In this document: positions 26,296-40,115 of the stretch, piece after piece
Layout: each line of letters opens with the position of its first letter
Numbering within the stretch: position 1 is the first letter of the stretch
Origin: the human T2T-CHM13v2.0 reference genome, Homo sapiens
Reading direction: 5' to 3' (one strand)
DNA: 64,000 nucleotides
NCBI RefSeq assembly: GCF_009914755.1
Contig: NC_060930.1
Position numbers and translations under genes: made by a program
Notes under the pieces: model-generated
Databases searched by the model: none
What the model was told of the DNA's origin: nothing
What the model saw: the letters and a program-made list of their open reading frames with translations, nothing else

Positions 26296-27042
26296 TGTTT
26301 TAGAACTAAACTAGGGTCTGTTTGCCAAATGCGGTAAGACCAGATATCCACACCAAGTTTTGCATCAGGAGAAAGAAAGGTGTTTATTTATCGGGCACCA
26401 AGCAAGGAGGACTATGCAGCCAATGCTTAAATCCTGACCTCCCTGATGGCTTGTAGGTTAGGGGCACATTTCAGGAAAGCAGAAGTTACAGGCACAATTA
26501 TAAATCAATACATGGCACTTATTCCTTGGTTTTGTACTAAAGGGGTGGGATATTTTGGGGAGTGGCTATAAGTCATAGGTAGATTCAAGGATTTTCTGAT
26601 TTGCAAAAGCTTTATTTAAAAATTTAGGGTCAGCAGAAAAGAATGTTGATTCTAGCTCGTGGGTGTGACTTTCTCCAGGCCCCTCAGGAAGAAATTTAGA
26701 ACAAAGAATGGGGCTCAAAGTTCAGTCCCTAGGTCCCCCTTATCTGAGGTCTATGGTGGGCAGATCCCTCTGGTGGGGGTCAAGTTTCTGAAAAGCAACT
26801 CTGGAAACATGTGTTAAGATATTATCTTAATTTCTGTAGGGGAACCAAACATCCCATGATTCTAGCTTCCATGGCTATCGTTTTAGGCTACAATTACCTT
26901 CTTGCTTATTAAGTCGCTTATTTACTTTTCTGGGCTAGCTAGGTACCTAGAATTTCACTTGAAGAAACTCAAGATTTTCCTTCATTTCTATGCTTGGAGG
27001 GTGGGCACAGGTCCCTAAGAGGTGAGTCCCCGCTCTGTTTCA
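26296..27042 (-). mobile_element. MER66-like ERV1 solo LTR
   Basis: Reverse complement of the right end reads tgaaacagagcggggactcacctcttagggac; left end carries reverse aataaa (tttatt). Confidence 0.75.
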
Positions 27043-27584
27043 CGTTTTCATTTTTTCTGAAATCTACAGCACCTCTCATCAACCTCTAGTGTCAGTTTCA
27101 CAGTGGTTCATATTAAGGCATGGTTGGCTGGAGTAGCTCATCATCATTTCTATTTAAAAACCTAAAAATGTGACAGTCTTAAAGTTAGACTGCTGAGGAT
27201 AGGATGGGATCCTTCATCAATATGGAGGCTTCTGTGACCTAATCTCATCAGAAGATCCTTGGCTTGGTTGATTCAGTGGCCGGGATGGGTTTTGCACTGG
27301 CGTCTTTGAGCAGTTTCCTCTTTGTGACAAGGCCAGTGAGGGTTAGGCTTGTAGTCTAGGAATGGTAGTTCTGAATCAAGATCAAGTCTTGGTCTAATTA
27401 GTGATATAATCTGTTCAACCAGTAAAATTAATACATGGAATTTGCCCAAGAATAGCTGAAGCTGGTACCTTTTATTGGAGAGACTCCACTGAGACCCCAG
27501 ATATCTCAAAATACCTTTCCTTTTGTTTCACCTTGGCTTATCTTGGTCCTATTACCTGCAATAAGATTATTCCCAATATCCCAG

Positions 27585-27686
27585 ACTAAACTAGGGTCTG
27601 TTTGCCCGGTGCGGTAAGACCAGATATACACACCAAGTTTTGCAGCAGGAGAAAGAAAGGTGTTTATTTATTGGGCACCACGCAAG
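27585..27686 (-). repeat. Isolated 102-bp copy of the MER66-like LTR end (26305-26406)
   Basis: Ungapped alignment with 7 mismatches by eye; offset 1280. Confidence 0.9.
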
Positions 27687-27850
27687 ATACTATTTATACA
27701 ACAGATCTCAGAAGTTGAGCCACAGGATTTCGATTTTTTGCTAAAGTGTAAGAATGAAGACATTATGCTGAGAAGCTCTGAAGAAATTGTCAAGATTTCT
27801 TCTACTAGTACATGTTAGTGAATTAGAGTAGGCAGTGTAGCCTTAGATAA

Positions 27851-28304
27851 TGTATGAGTTAAAGTGTGTCCCCCCAAAAGATATGTTGAAGTCCTAATCC
27901 CTAGTACTTGTGAATGTGACCTAATTTGGAAATAGGATCTTTGCAGATATCACCAAGTTAAGACAAGGTCATTCTGAAGTAGGGTGGGTCTTAATTAATA
28001 TAATCATTGTCTTTCGAAAAGGAGAAAAGACATGGACACAGGGAGAATGCCTTGCGACAATGAACGCAGGCATCGGAGTGCCACGTTCACAAGCCAAGGA
28101 ATGCCAAGGACTGCCAACAAAGCCAGCAGCTAAGAGAAAAGCATGGAAAAGATTCTCCCCTAGAGCCTTTGAAGAGATCATGGCCCCTCCTGTCACCTTG
28201 ATTTTGGACTTATGGCCTCCAGGATTGTGAGAGAGTACATTGCTGTTGTTTGAAGCCATCTGGTTTGGGGTAATTTGCTATGGCACCTCTAGGAAGCTCC
28301 TACA
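27851..28304 (+). mobile_element. MLT1C-like solo LTR
   Basis: tgtgtccccccaaaagatatgttgaagtcctaa...caagccaaggaatgcc...ttggacttatggcctccagg. Confidence 0.85.
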
Positions 28305-28924
28305 GACAGCAAGGAGAGGCTGGCCCTGGTGTAGGGGTTATGGATTTCCATGGAATTAGAAAGCAGGCACTGTCTTCCTTGATGGCTATAAGTTAGAGGC
28401 ACAGCTCTGTATGGGTAATTTTTCAGGCCTGGGGTTCATTCCATGTGGGAGAAGCTCCTGCAAGCCAACCACAGTTCTGCTAAGGCTCTGGGCTGTTGCC
28501 TTCAGGAGGAACCCAGGCTAACCGAGCAGCACAGCACAGTTTGCAAAGGATCAAGTGCTTGGGTGGGTGCCAGAAGAAAGAAGAGTTTTCCCAACAATGT
28601 CTGTTTCACAGCTGTGCTCAGGGCCAGTTTCCCTGAAAAAAGACAGAACACATCAACTTGCTTCTGTGAAATCTAGGAGTTAACGTACCCGGTGCTTGTT
28701 CCTGGCCTGTTTGATTCTGCGCCACCTTTCTTAGGGTTAACTGACATTGCCCATTCTGATTTTTCCAACCTAAGCATTCCCTGTCTCTGTGTTTATGGCC
28801 TGCCAGCAAGACAGTTCAGGGAGCCGATTTAGTTACCTTTAGTCTGCTAATTCCACTAGGTGCTTAATAAATATTGGCCAATAAATGTTTATTTTTGCAT
28901 CCAGAAAACCAATGACATGAACGC

Positions 28925-29357
28925 TGTGGTGCATTATCCAGAATTCTGCTCAGGACTGAAGCACTTACTATTCCAGCTGTTGGGAGTGTTGGCTGCTGAG
29001 AGCTCATGGGCAAGTCTCTCCTTAAGCTTTGCCTGAAGCAGGCTGCCTGGCCCAAAGTTATGTCCTTTGCTGGGCACTTTCTCCATTTAATGACTAGCCA
29101 ATGCAGGAGTATAAAGGCCCAGTCCCCTTGCCTCAAGTAAGACCTCTCTCAAGGGTCATCCCTCCTCCAGAGCTCCCCACAGGATGGGCTGAGATCTTTA
29201 TTGCAGCTACATCACAGTTTGATTTCTGCCCAATTCTCCTTCCCTTGCTTTCCTGCAGGTCTTTTTCCTAAGAACAGTCACTCCTCAGTGCGCACTCACT
29301 CCCTCACACAAATCTCAGTCTCGAGGTCTGTTTTCTGGGGACACTGATCTAAAAGAT
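28925..29357 (+). mobile_element. LTR16(C)-like ERVL LTR
   Basis: tgtggtgc...caggactgaagcact...ggagtataaaggcccag...ctccagagctcccc...gtctgttttctgggg. Confidence 0.75.
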
Positions 29358-29659
29358 CCTTCTGCTTGATCCTATGTAAGTGAGAAATACACTAACTGCA
29401 CTTATTAGGTACAGAATCTGAAATGTAAGAGCTACAGGAAGTAAAATAAAATGCCACCCTGTCTCTGCAGTGTCTCCGTCCCCAGACTAATGGCTGAGCC
29501 TTTAAGGGTCTACAGCTCATCAGGGTTCTCATGGGTTCTGAGCACAGCGCCAGCTCTCAGTAGACATCTGTTGAATAAGGTAATGGACAAGTGTTCAGGA
29601 ATTTACTTTGGCCCTGAATCAACTAAATGGGCTTTTAAAAAGGTTTTCTATCCCTTTGA

Positions 29660-29984
<325 letters not shown>

Positions 29985-30032
29985 AAAAAGGTTTTATATC
30001 CCTTTGTAATGGGGAGGAAGGTCTTTGGAGTC

Positions 30033-30489
30033 CGTATTAGTTTCCTATGGCTATATTATTATTAAGGCCAAAATAAAGACAAGAGAAATTCATTCTCTCA
30101 CAGCTCTGGAGGCCAGAGTCCAAAATCAAGGTGGCCCAGGCCCAGCTCCCTCTGAAGACTCCAGGGAAGGGTCTGTCCAGGCCTCTTCCCTGCTTTGGTG
30201 GTTTGCTAGCTGTCTTTAGCATTCCTTAGCTTGTAGATGCATCATGCTGAGCTCTGTCTTCATGTTCCCACGGCATTCTCCCTATGCGCGTGTCTCTGTG
30301 GCCAAATTTCCCCTTTTATAAGGACACTGTTATATTGGAATGAGGTCCCATCCTACTCTAGTATGACCTCATCTTAACTAATTACGTCTTCAACAACCCT
30401 ACTTCCAAATAAGATCACATTCGGAGGTACTGGGAGTTAAAAACTTCAACACATAAATTTTGGTAAGGACATAATTCAATCCGTGACAT
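30033..30489 (-). mobile_element. MLT1B/C-like LTR
   Basis: gtattagtttcct...tctcacagctctggaggccag...aattcaatccgtgaca. Confidence 0.85.
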
Positions 30490-30769
30490 GGCGCCTCCCA
30501 CCATTTTCTATGGTGTTTTCATTTTTGGGTTCTGAATCCCAGATTCTCCACCTTGCCCTGTGGTAAGAATGCTGGGGCTGCAGAAGGAAGATGGCAGAAA
30601 AAATGGGACCCACAGCAGCAGGTCTGAGTCAGAGGCGGTCAGGTTCTAGTTGTCAGAGGAGTGAGAATATTGAAAAGCCCAACCTCAACGATGGGGCCTG
30701 GCTGGATTGGGAAAAGGTTCTGTGCATTTTGTTGGTGGCTACAAACACAACTATGTATCATTCTTTAAT

Positions 30770-31440
30770 TGATGTAGATACTCTTCCCTCAAGACCAGGG
30801 AACTTCACTCCTCACTCCTTAAGTAGAAGCTATGCATATAATTTCCTTCCAAAGTGTGGAAAGGGGAAAAAAAAGAGTCATTTTGCAGCAGAGAAACCTG
30901 ACACACATCCCCTCAGCCAGGAGATCAAGATCAAGGTCAACAGTGATAAGTTATGTCGATAGTGCGTAGCCTTGATATGATGCAATGAAAATGACACTTC
31001 ACCTCTGTGATCTTCCTCCCCAAAATTCACAACCACATATAACCATGAGGAGAAAGATCAGACATGTCCCAACTGAGGGATGGCCTACAAAATACCTAGC
31101 ACTCCTCAAAACCATCAAGGCCATCAAAAACAAGAAGGGTCACAGAAGGTGCCATAGCCATGAAGAGCCTAAGGAGACATGATGACTAAACGTAACGTGG
31201 CATTCTGGAGAGGACCCTGGAACAGAAATAGACATTAACTGTAAACTAAGGAAATCTGAATAAAGTATGGACTTTAGTTAATATGAATGCACCAATATCG
31301 GTTCATGGAGTGTAGCAAATGGACTACAGTGGTATGTTAATAACAGGGAACTGGGAAAGGAATATGTGCAAGCTCTAGCTCCCCAATTTTGCTGTAAATC
31401 TAAAATCCTTTTAAGATGAAAGAGTTTTTAAGAATATAAT
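30770..31440 (+). mobile_element. L1MC 3'UTR fragment
   Basis: gagaaacctgacacac...caggagatcaag...atgactaaacgtaacgtggcattctgga...aaatctgaataaagtatggac. Confidence 0.8.
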
Positions 31441-31719
31441 TTTAAAAGTACCCTTTGATTATTTTCTCTAAGCACTGATCGTTCCACCTTGTGTTGAAAG
31501 GATTTATCTTTGCTTTCACTGGACTTTCTTGGCTTCCTTTTATCATAGCCTTAACCACAGGCTACAGTATAATTGTTGAAAAGGCACCCATGCCCTTGTC
31601 ATGAGTCTGTGCCTCTAAGGCATTGCTGCCTACATGTTTGAGATTTCTTTGGCCAGACATGTCTTTATACGTCTATTCTAATTTGTGGTTCTCAGCCTTC
31701 CCTCTGCCAAGATAGCTCT

Positions 31720-31840
31720 GCGGAGTAGTTCTCCACCTGGGCAGCACATGGAAACAACCGGGAAAGTTTTACAAATCCTGTTGCCCAGGCCCCAGCCAGC
31801 TTCAGGTGATCCAATGTGCAACCCAGGTGGAGAACCACTG
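31720..31840. mobile_element. MER5-like MITE fragment
   Basis: tagttctcc...caggtgatccaatgtgcaacccaggtggagaaccactg. Confidence 0.6.
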
Positions 31841-32032
31841 CTGTGTGCTCCTCCCCCATGGCTGTCCTCTGTGTTTCTGGGACTTCCTACCAGCCCCACT
31901 CACTCCAGTTCTGCTTTATACTCCTACTTTGGTAAGCTAGGTGATTTTTCATTTCAAAAACTTCAGTAAAGAGTTCTCTCCTTTATTTCTTGCAAACAGT
32001 TTTATCTCACAGCTACTCAAGAACAGAAGGGA

Positions 32033-32352
32033 GGCTTGGCGTGGTGGCACATGCCTGTGATCCTAGCACTTTGGGAGGCAGAGGGAGGGAGATTGCTTGA
32101 GCCCAGGAGTTCCAGACCAGCCGAGGTAACATGGTGAAACCCTGTCTATACAAAGATGAAAAAAAAAAAAAAAACATTAGCCCAGTGTGGTGGCAGGCAC
32201 CTATAGTCTCAGCTACCCAGGAGGCTGAGGTGGGAGGATCACTTGAGCCCAGGAGGTCAAAGCTACAGTGAGCTGTGATCGTTCCACTGCACTCCAGCAT
32301 GAGCAACAGAGTAAGACCCTGTCTCAAAATAAAACAAAACCTAAAACCAAAA
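32033..32352 (+). mobile_element. AluJ-like
   Basis: Full dimer; TSD aacagaagg. Confidence 0.93.
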
Positions 32353-33419
32353 AACAGAAGGCAGAGAAGAGTGGCCACTGTAAAAGATTGTTTATTTCCA
32401 GGGATAATATTAAAAAATGCATAACAAGCAGGACATTGACCAATCTGACCACCAGTGGGAGGTAAATAATTGGTAAGGGGCTTATTGGTTGAATACCAGC
32501 CCTGCTTATTCTTCCCCTACCTCTATTTAACCAGAGAACTTAAAGGAGGAGATATGGAGAGGGAAAGAGAAAATTCTTCATTCTTACTGTGCCTGCCATG
32601 CTGGGAGTAATGGAGACACTGAGGCACCCAAGAGACAAAACTAGAGTTCCCATCAGCTGCTCAGCCCCTCTCAGAACTTTGAGAAGGAAACAAGATGGAA
32701 GCTCCTCCACCTTGGATTAATTTGCTCAAGGTGTTCTCCTAAGATTATGACTTATACTCCTTGGAAATTTGTGTAATTGATGCCTTTGGAAAATATGTCC
32801 AAGACTCACCTTTCACTCTGTTCCGGAATGAAGGCTGAATCCAGAGAAGCTCACCCTGCTCCCTTCTCCAACGTGACACAGAATAAAGAGGGTCAGAGTA
32901 CAGGTCTTTTATTGTTTTAACCTGAACCCTGGAAGCCAAAGCCTGCACAGGCTTATCTTCCACAAGTATGGGTCAATCACTTTGACCTATTGACTCTGCA
33001 TCTGGTCAAGCACTCCAGAACGCCATGGACAGCTATAGGATTCCCCAATGAGCAAATGTTGACTTACCCTGTGGGTCTCCTGACACTATTATAAAGTCTA
33101 TTCCATCAGAGACTAAGTTGTTAAAAAAATGAAGAACTTGGTTTTAGTTTATTGTCTGTTGTTCAAGGAGTATTTATGCAAAATTGCAATATTACTACTC
33201 CACATGAACCAATCAATATACTGCCACTTTCAAAAGTTAAAAGTGGGAAAAAAGATGGTCTTTGTTTTAGAATGTGCTAATATCTTATTCTTTTCTTTCA
33301 ATTTTCTGTTATATGCTTAAGAAGCTCTTGTACTCTCCCTTAATTTTGCTATAAAATATTCTTTACATTAAATATTATAACAAAGACAAAAATTAATTTG
33401 GTCTGCATAATACCTTCTC

Positions 33420-33917
33420 TCTCAACCTAAGTGTCCCTCAACAGATGATTGGATAAAGAAAATGTGATATATATATGTATATATATAAATATATGTATAT
33501 TTGACTTTCAATGTCCTTGTTATGCATACACACACACACTCACACAAACAAACCATGGAGTACTACTCAGCCATAAAAAAGAATGAAATCATGCCTTTTG
33601 CAGTAACACAGGTAGAACTGGAGGACATTATCCTAAGTGAAATGACTCAGAAACAGAAAGTCAAACACTGTGTGTTCTTACTTATAAATAGGAGCTAAAT
33701 AATGTTTACAGATGAACATGGAGTACAGAATAATAGTTACTGGAGACTCTGAAAGGTGGGAGGGTCGGGGGGTGAGGGAAGAGAAATTACTTAATGGGTA
33801 CAGTGTACATTATTCAGGTGAAGGTTACAGTGAAAGCCCAGACTTCATCACTACATAATATATCCATGTAACAAAACTACACTTGTACTTTTTACATTTA
33901 TACAAATTAAAAAAAAG
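33420..33917 (+). mobile_element. L1PB(4)-like 3' end
   Basis: caacctaagtgtcc...gagaaattacttaatgggtaca...cccagacttcatcactac...A-rich end. Confidence 0.85.
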
Positions 33918-35186
33918 ATTTCAAATGATTTTTAAATGAATTACATATATACCCTAACTTGTTTATTTTCTTTTTCCTTCCAATGTTTGAAAAAATGTTT
34001 TTATATAATACAAACACATTTCCAACATTAAATATCCTTAAAACTTTAAAGTTGAAGACAAAAATATAATAACGATAAGCAAAGACAATGTTTGATCCAA
34101 ATAACACATATTACATCTTTTAAATGAAGGTGTTTTTCATTCTGATTTGCGCAACTGGTTTACTAGGTTTTCCAGTATTTCTGCCGCTTGACTGTATCTG
34201 CTGACTAAAGTTAATTCTGTTAATGGTTATTATCCTATAGGTTTTTTTTTTTTGTAGTTTCTAAATTGGTTTAATTTGGAGAAAGAACATTTGCTGTAGA
34301 TAAAATAACAATGAAAGAACATATTTTAGTAAAACTTACGTACATGCCACTCTATGTTATAATAAATGTTTCATCTGATTTTCAGATTGTTGTAATCTTT
34401 TCACTATCACTTGTTCATGAGTTTATGCAAAGCAGTAATACTTTGATAAATGATTCTTTACACACTCGAAAATTTTTTGTGCCTTCGGAGTGTTTATCAT
34501 AATGAAACTTTTAAATAACTATTTTATTAAAGGCGAATTCAACTGAAGAATAGTTTTGCTTATGTTGAGTTGCATTTTGCAATATTGTCATGATAATGAC
34601 TTGATGAGGCTTTGCTTTTCTGATTATTTTGAATTAGAAAATATTTGCTTATGTTTTCAAAAAGTTTTAAACTGCCCCTGAATCACTCTCTTTTAATAAA
34701 GTTTTTAAAAGCTGTTTTTATTAAAGTATGGTCCATACAGAAAATGCACAAATCGTAAGAGTACAGCTCAGTGAATTATAACAAATTGAATGCCCCAATG
34801 AACAACCATGAAGGTCAAGGTAAAAAATATTACCAGCACACCCAAATTTCTCATCGTGCCCATTCCAATGACTACATTCTCTTTCCTCAAAACTTCCCCT
34901 CTTCTGAAAAAACAAAACAAAACAACAACAACAAAAACCCACAACTGTCCTGACTTGTAACACTTTAGTTTTTTCTGTCTGTATTTTATATGAATGGAAT
35001 CATACTATATAATCTCTTTCATGCCTGACTTCTTCACTGGACCTAATGTTTGTAAAATGCATTTGTATCACGAGTGTAGGTAATTGCATTTATTATCTTT
35101 ATTTTAATTTCATTGTATGACTGTACCACAAGTAAGCTATCTATTCTACTATTGATAGACGTTTTGGTTATTTTCAGGTTGGGGCT

Positions 35187-35716
35187 TGTGATGGTTAATT
35201 TTATGTGTCAACTTGACTGAGCTATAGAGTACCCAGATATTTTGTTAAACACTATTCTGGGCATTCCTGGATGAGATTTACATTGCATCATTAGGCTGAG
35301 TAAAGCAGATTGCCCTCCCTAATGTGGGTGGCCCTCATGTAATCAGTTGAAGGCCTGAATAGAAAAAAAAGGCTGATCCTCCCCTGGCTAAGTGATAATT
35401 CCTCCTGCCTACTGGTCTTCAAATTGAGAGGTTGGCTTTTTCCTGCCTTTGGACTTGAACTGAAACATCGACTCTTCCTGGGTCTTGAGCCTGCCAACCT
35501 TTTAAGTGGAACTGCACCATTGGCTCTCTGGGTCTCAGGCCTTCAGACTCAGACTGGAACTTGCACCATTGGCTCTCCTGAGTCTCCAGCTTGCCTAGGG
35601 CGGATTTAGGACTTGTCAGCCTCCATAATTGCATGAGCCAATTTCTTATAATAAAACTCCTTCTATATATACAAATCCTATTGGTTCTATTTCTCTGGGG
35701 AACTCTGACTAATTCA
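35187..35716 (+). mobile_element. MLT2 (HERVL) solo LTR
   Basis: tgtgatggttaattttatgtgtcaacttgac...ctctgactaattca; perfect TSD gggct. Confidence 0.92.
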
Positions 35717-35750
35717 GGGCTCTTATTAATAATAGTACTGTGAGCATTTT

Positions 35751-36042
35751 TTTTTTTTTCCAGACAGAGTCTCACTTTGTTGCATAGGCTGGAGTACAAT
35801 GGTGTGACCTTGGCTCACTGCAACCTCCGCTTCCCGGGTTCAAGCAATCCTCCCACCTCAGCCTCCTGAGTAGCTGGGACTACAGGTGCATGCCAGCACA
35901 CCTGGCTAATTTTTATATTTTTAGCAGAAATGGTTTTTCACCAGGTTGGCCAGGTTGGTCTCAGACTCCTGACCTCAGATGATCCACCCAACTTGGCCTC
36001 CCAGAGTGCTGGGATTACAGGTGTGAGCCACCACGTCCAGCC
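35751..36042 (-). mobile_element. Alu, AluS-type
   Basis: TSD ctgtgagcattttt on both sides. Confidence 0.94.
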
Positions 36043-36969
36043 CTGTGAGCATTTTTGAACCTGTCTTTTGGTGTATTTGAGGCATTTTTCTTAGCTATAT
36101 ATCTAGGAGGGGAATATCTAGGTTAAAAGGTAAGCATAAGTTTGACTTTAATAGATACTAACAGTTTTCCAAAGTGGTTACACCAGCTCTTTTACCATCT
36201 CCACCTTGCTCACCAGGAGAGTACGAGCGTCTTCCTTGCTCCACATTCAGACCAGCTTTGTGTTGGTTTGGTTTGTCAGTCTTTCAAGTTTTATCCATTC
36301 TGTGAGGTGTGTACAGGTATTGCATTTTGAGTTTAATTTGCATTTGTCTGGTGACTAATGAGGTTGAGACATTTGTCTATCTCCTGTGAAGTGTCTGTTC
36401 AAATCTCATTTTCTGTTGGATTATCTTTACCTCGATATGTATAATAAATTTTAAAAACCACTTATGATTTCCTCTTCTCTAAATTTTTTAAATTCTTCAC
36501 TTGTTAAAGGTAGTGTTTTTGTCTACTCATTATCAAAGATGAAAATTTTATCTCACCTATCTCTAGAATTCTCTTCCTCTACCTCAAAATTTGTGTTAGT
36601 TATAATTATTCCAGATTTTGTCTTAAAATTTTAAGTAATACACTTAAACTTTTGTTTTGTGATCAAATATAGAGTCTGTTGATTCTTCACTATAAAAAAT
36701 AAGTCACCTAGAAAAGTCCTTGGCACATAGCAGGGCTTCAGCAAATACTTGCTGAAGAGAGGAAGATAAAGGATAAGAGAGTAGAAAGGAGGAGTACATC
36801 CATATTTTTCTCCCCCGTTCCTATGCATTTATGTCAGTAATATAATTTTGTTTATATTTTGAAGGTTTGTAAAATTTACATTTTGATCTATATTATGGTT
36901 TCCTTCCATGTTTTATCTATAGGCTGGTTTAAAAAATTCAAACTAATGAACAGTATATGATCATGTGAT

Positions 36970-37544
36970 CACAGTGACATATTGTATCCCCCAAAATGGC
37001 TACAGCAGTATTTTCAGTCCCACATGAGCTTCCAAAGCCTTGCCACTCTCCCATCAAGAGCTGGAATCTATCTCCCCTTCCTTTGAGCCTCGGTGGGTTT
37101 CAGCTGACTACCTGGCTTAATAAAGTCCAGTGCCAGTGATGCTTTGTGACTTAGTCCAGATATAACAGGCAACATAGCTTCAGCCTGATTCTTTCTTGGA
37201 GAGCTGAGCCATGTCTGGCTACACTGAAGCTGCATGCTGGAAAGGCCACATGGTCATAGAGAGATGCCAAAGAATTCCCAGCTGTCCCAGCCCTCAGCTG
37301 TCCACCTCTCTTCTTCTTCCCAGTACGGGCACTAGACATGTGCACACAGAAGCCTTCAAGATGACTCTAGGACCAGCCTCCATTGAACTGCAACCTCACA
37401 AGAAACTTTGAGCCAGAACCATCACCCAGTTGAGCTACTCCCAAATTTCTTGCCCACAGAAACCATGAGAGAGAGTAAATGATTTTTGCCTTAAGCCATT
37501 AAGTTCTGAGGCAATGTGTTAGGTAGCAGTAGATAACTAGAACA
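36970..37544 (+). mobile_element. MLT1F/G/H-like LTR
   Basis: caaaatggctac...ctcccatcaagag...taagccattaagtt...gcagtagataactagaaca. Confidence 0.8.
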
Positions 37545-37549
37545 ATCAC

Positions 37550-39950
37550 TTACTGTAAAACCAGTTAGCATGGTTGAACCCATAGAGGAAAATGAATATT
37601 GTTCTATTTTATTAAACTTGTGCCACTCACAGAAAAATATTTTAAACATCAAAATCAAATTAATGCTCTCTTCTTACTCTACTCAAAACTATGCCACATT
37701 TTCATTTATTTCATATCCGAAAACAACTGCTTTGTACAGCTTAAAAAATTTTTTTTTTCAGTTTTTATCTGGCTTTCTTTTTCTTTGTAAACAGGAAAGA
37801 TAGTTGCTTTATATTTTGTATTAGATTCTACCTTCTTCTTGAAGGCATTCTTCACAGAGTTCTCTGACCTGTTCATACTGACTGCTACATAGCTGCTATC
37901 AAACTGGGATTTCATTTCAGTACTCTCTAGATTAGCACCTAGTATTTTTGGGTCTCTTTCTTGGATTCCTTTGTTCTATTAGAACATACACTAAGGGCTG
38001 GGCTTGGTGGCTCATGCCTGTAATCTCAGCACCTTGGGAGGCTGAGGCTGGAGGATTTCTTGAGGCCAGGAGTTTGAGACCAGCCTGGGCAACATAGCAA
38101 GACCCTGTCTGTAAAAAAATAAAATAAAATTCGCTGGGCATAGTGGTGCACACTTGTCCTAGCTACTCAGGAGGCTGAGGTGAGAGGATCACTTGTGCCC
38201 AAAAATTGGAGGCTGCAGGGAGCCATCATTGCACCAGTGCACTCCAGCCTGAGCAACAGAGCAAGACCTTATTTCTAAAAATAATTTTTTAAATTTAAAA
38301 ATAAAAATAAATAAAAAATAACACTAATTTTTAAGGATGCATGAATCATAAAGTTTCTGAATCATTGCATATCTTGTAATCTTCTCAATTTTGCCCTCAC
38401 TTTTCATTGCTTAGCCTCCAATCATCTAGTCCCCAGTCATTCTCCCTCAATATTTTAAAGACATGACTACACTGTCTACTAGCTTTCAGTGTTGCAGGAC
38501 AAGGTCTATTGTCTATCTTATATTTGTTCTTTGGAGGTAATTTATTTTTCTCTCTGAAAAACTCTGGGATTTTCTCTTTAGCCTTAGTGTTCTAAAATTT
38601 ATACAGACATGTCTAAGTATGGGCGACTGTCATTTTATTCAAATGCTTGACATTTGTTGGGCTTTTTCAATCTGAAGACCTGAGTCTTTTTTCAGAGCAA
38701 AGCAATTTTCTTTATTGTGTCTTGGATTACATTCTCCCTTGCATTGCTTCTAGAACTCCCTTAAGATAAACACTGGGCCTCTGTCTATTTTCACTGACGT
38801 AATTTTTCTTTTATATTTTTTTGCCTTTTTCTTTTTATATCTGGCCTTCTGGGAAATGCCTTTTATCAACCATGTCCCTAATTTGGTCTTCAGCTTTCAT
38901 TCTATTTAGATTTATCATTGATTTTAAAAAGAATTTGACCATCATTTTAAATTTGCAATAAATTTTTCTTGTTCTCTAATTGATCCCCTTTGCCTTCAAA
39001 GCAGCCAGTTCTTGTTTTATAGATGCAATAGCCTCTCAAATCTCTCTGAGGATAAACATCAGTTTAATCTTATTGTTTTTTCTGTTTCTTCAGAAATGAT
39101 CGGTGTTCAGCTCCATATTTCTCTTGCCTCTCATTCATCAAATGCCTGGAGATCCTTTCTCAATCGTTCATATGTATAATTGAAGAATTCTGTTGATTAC
39201 ATAGGTCATATAAGATGTATTGCATGAAGAGCTGTGTTTATTTGAAAGGCCATTTTCTGAATGGGAAGGCTGATCATGATTCTGTGTAAGTGGATGGCTC
39301 TGCCACAGTCAAGCTTTATCTAGCCAGCAAGTTCAGTGCTATTACAATTGCCCAAAGGGGAAGGACTTTATCTATATGCAGGGTGGAACTACACTTTGGA
39401 CTGGAGCTGGGTTTCTGTTTATTGTAGAGGCTCTAAAGCCTTTCAGGCTGGACAATACTTCTGTCGCCACTCAAGCCCCAAGTCCCTCCTATAGAGAGTC
39501 TACTTTCTACAGAATATACTCATTGGTGCTCCAGCTGTGGGTAAATAGCTTCTCTATACATGGAGTGGGGAGGGTGGGCCTGGCTGGCCCAGCTGTTCTG
39601 TGGTTTATCTCTTCTGTGGTTACCTACCCTGATCACTGCTCCAGGTCCATGTTTGTTCTTTTTTACTCATTGGCTCCAAGCTTCGAGCCTCTCTAGGCAA
39701 GGACTATGAGTGAAGCCACCTCACTTGCATGTTGATGGCTTGTATATCACTCTGCTTTGTTATATCGATATGGATCATATACTTTCTGACTCCCGGAAAT
39801 TTATCCAAGTTATTAAAATTTCTGCTCATGACACTCTGTTTCAGCATTCTAATAGACTTATTCATCCTTTAGATATCTTTATTCTCATTTCAATAGGATC
39901 TTGGAAGAAAGAGTAGGCAAATATGCATGCTCTGTGTGCCTTGTTGAGCT
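37550..39950 (-). mobile_element. Very old L1ME-like body fragments, Alu inserted
   Basis: T-rich L1 antisense motifs such as ttctccctcaatattttaaagacatgactacactgtct and ttttcaatctgaagac; boundaries uncertain. Confidence 0.5.
37996..38320 (+). mobile_element. AluJ-like
   Basis: Full dimer with AT-rich tail; TSD acactaa. Confidence 0.92.
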
Positions 39951-40115
39951 GGGATAGTCCAAAAAAGTCCTCAATTTTTAAATTACCTAAAAATATTTTA
40001 TTTAGGCAATAAAGCATTTCTACATTTCCCTAAATCAGAGAAGACAGAATTATGTTACTGTTTCTAATGGAAAAATTGTGGATTCAAAAATCAGAAGAAT
40101 CATCTTGTCCACTAT

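Larger units (their letters stand above)
34700..36450 (-). mobile_element. Old L1M 3' region, interrupted by MLT2 and Alu
   Basis: catacagaaaatgcacaaatc...atgaatggaatcatac...acagttttccaaagtggttacacc...tttaatttgcatt. Confidence 0.75.
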
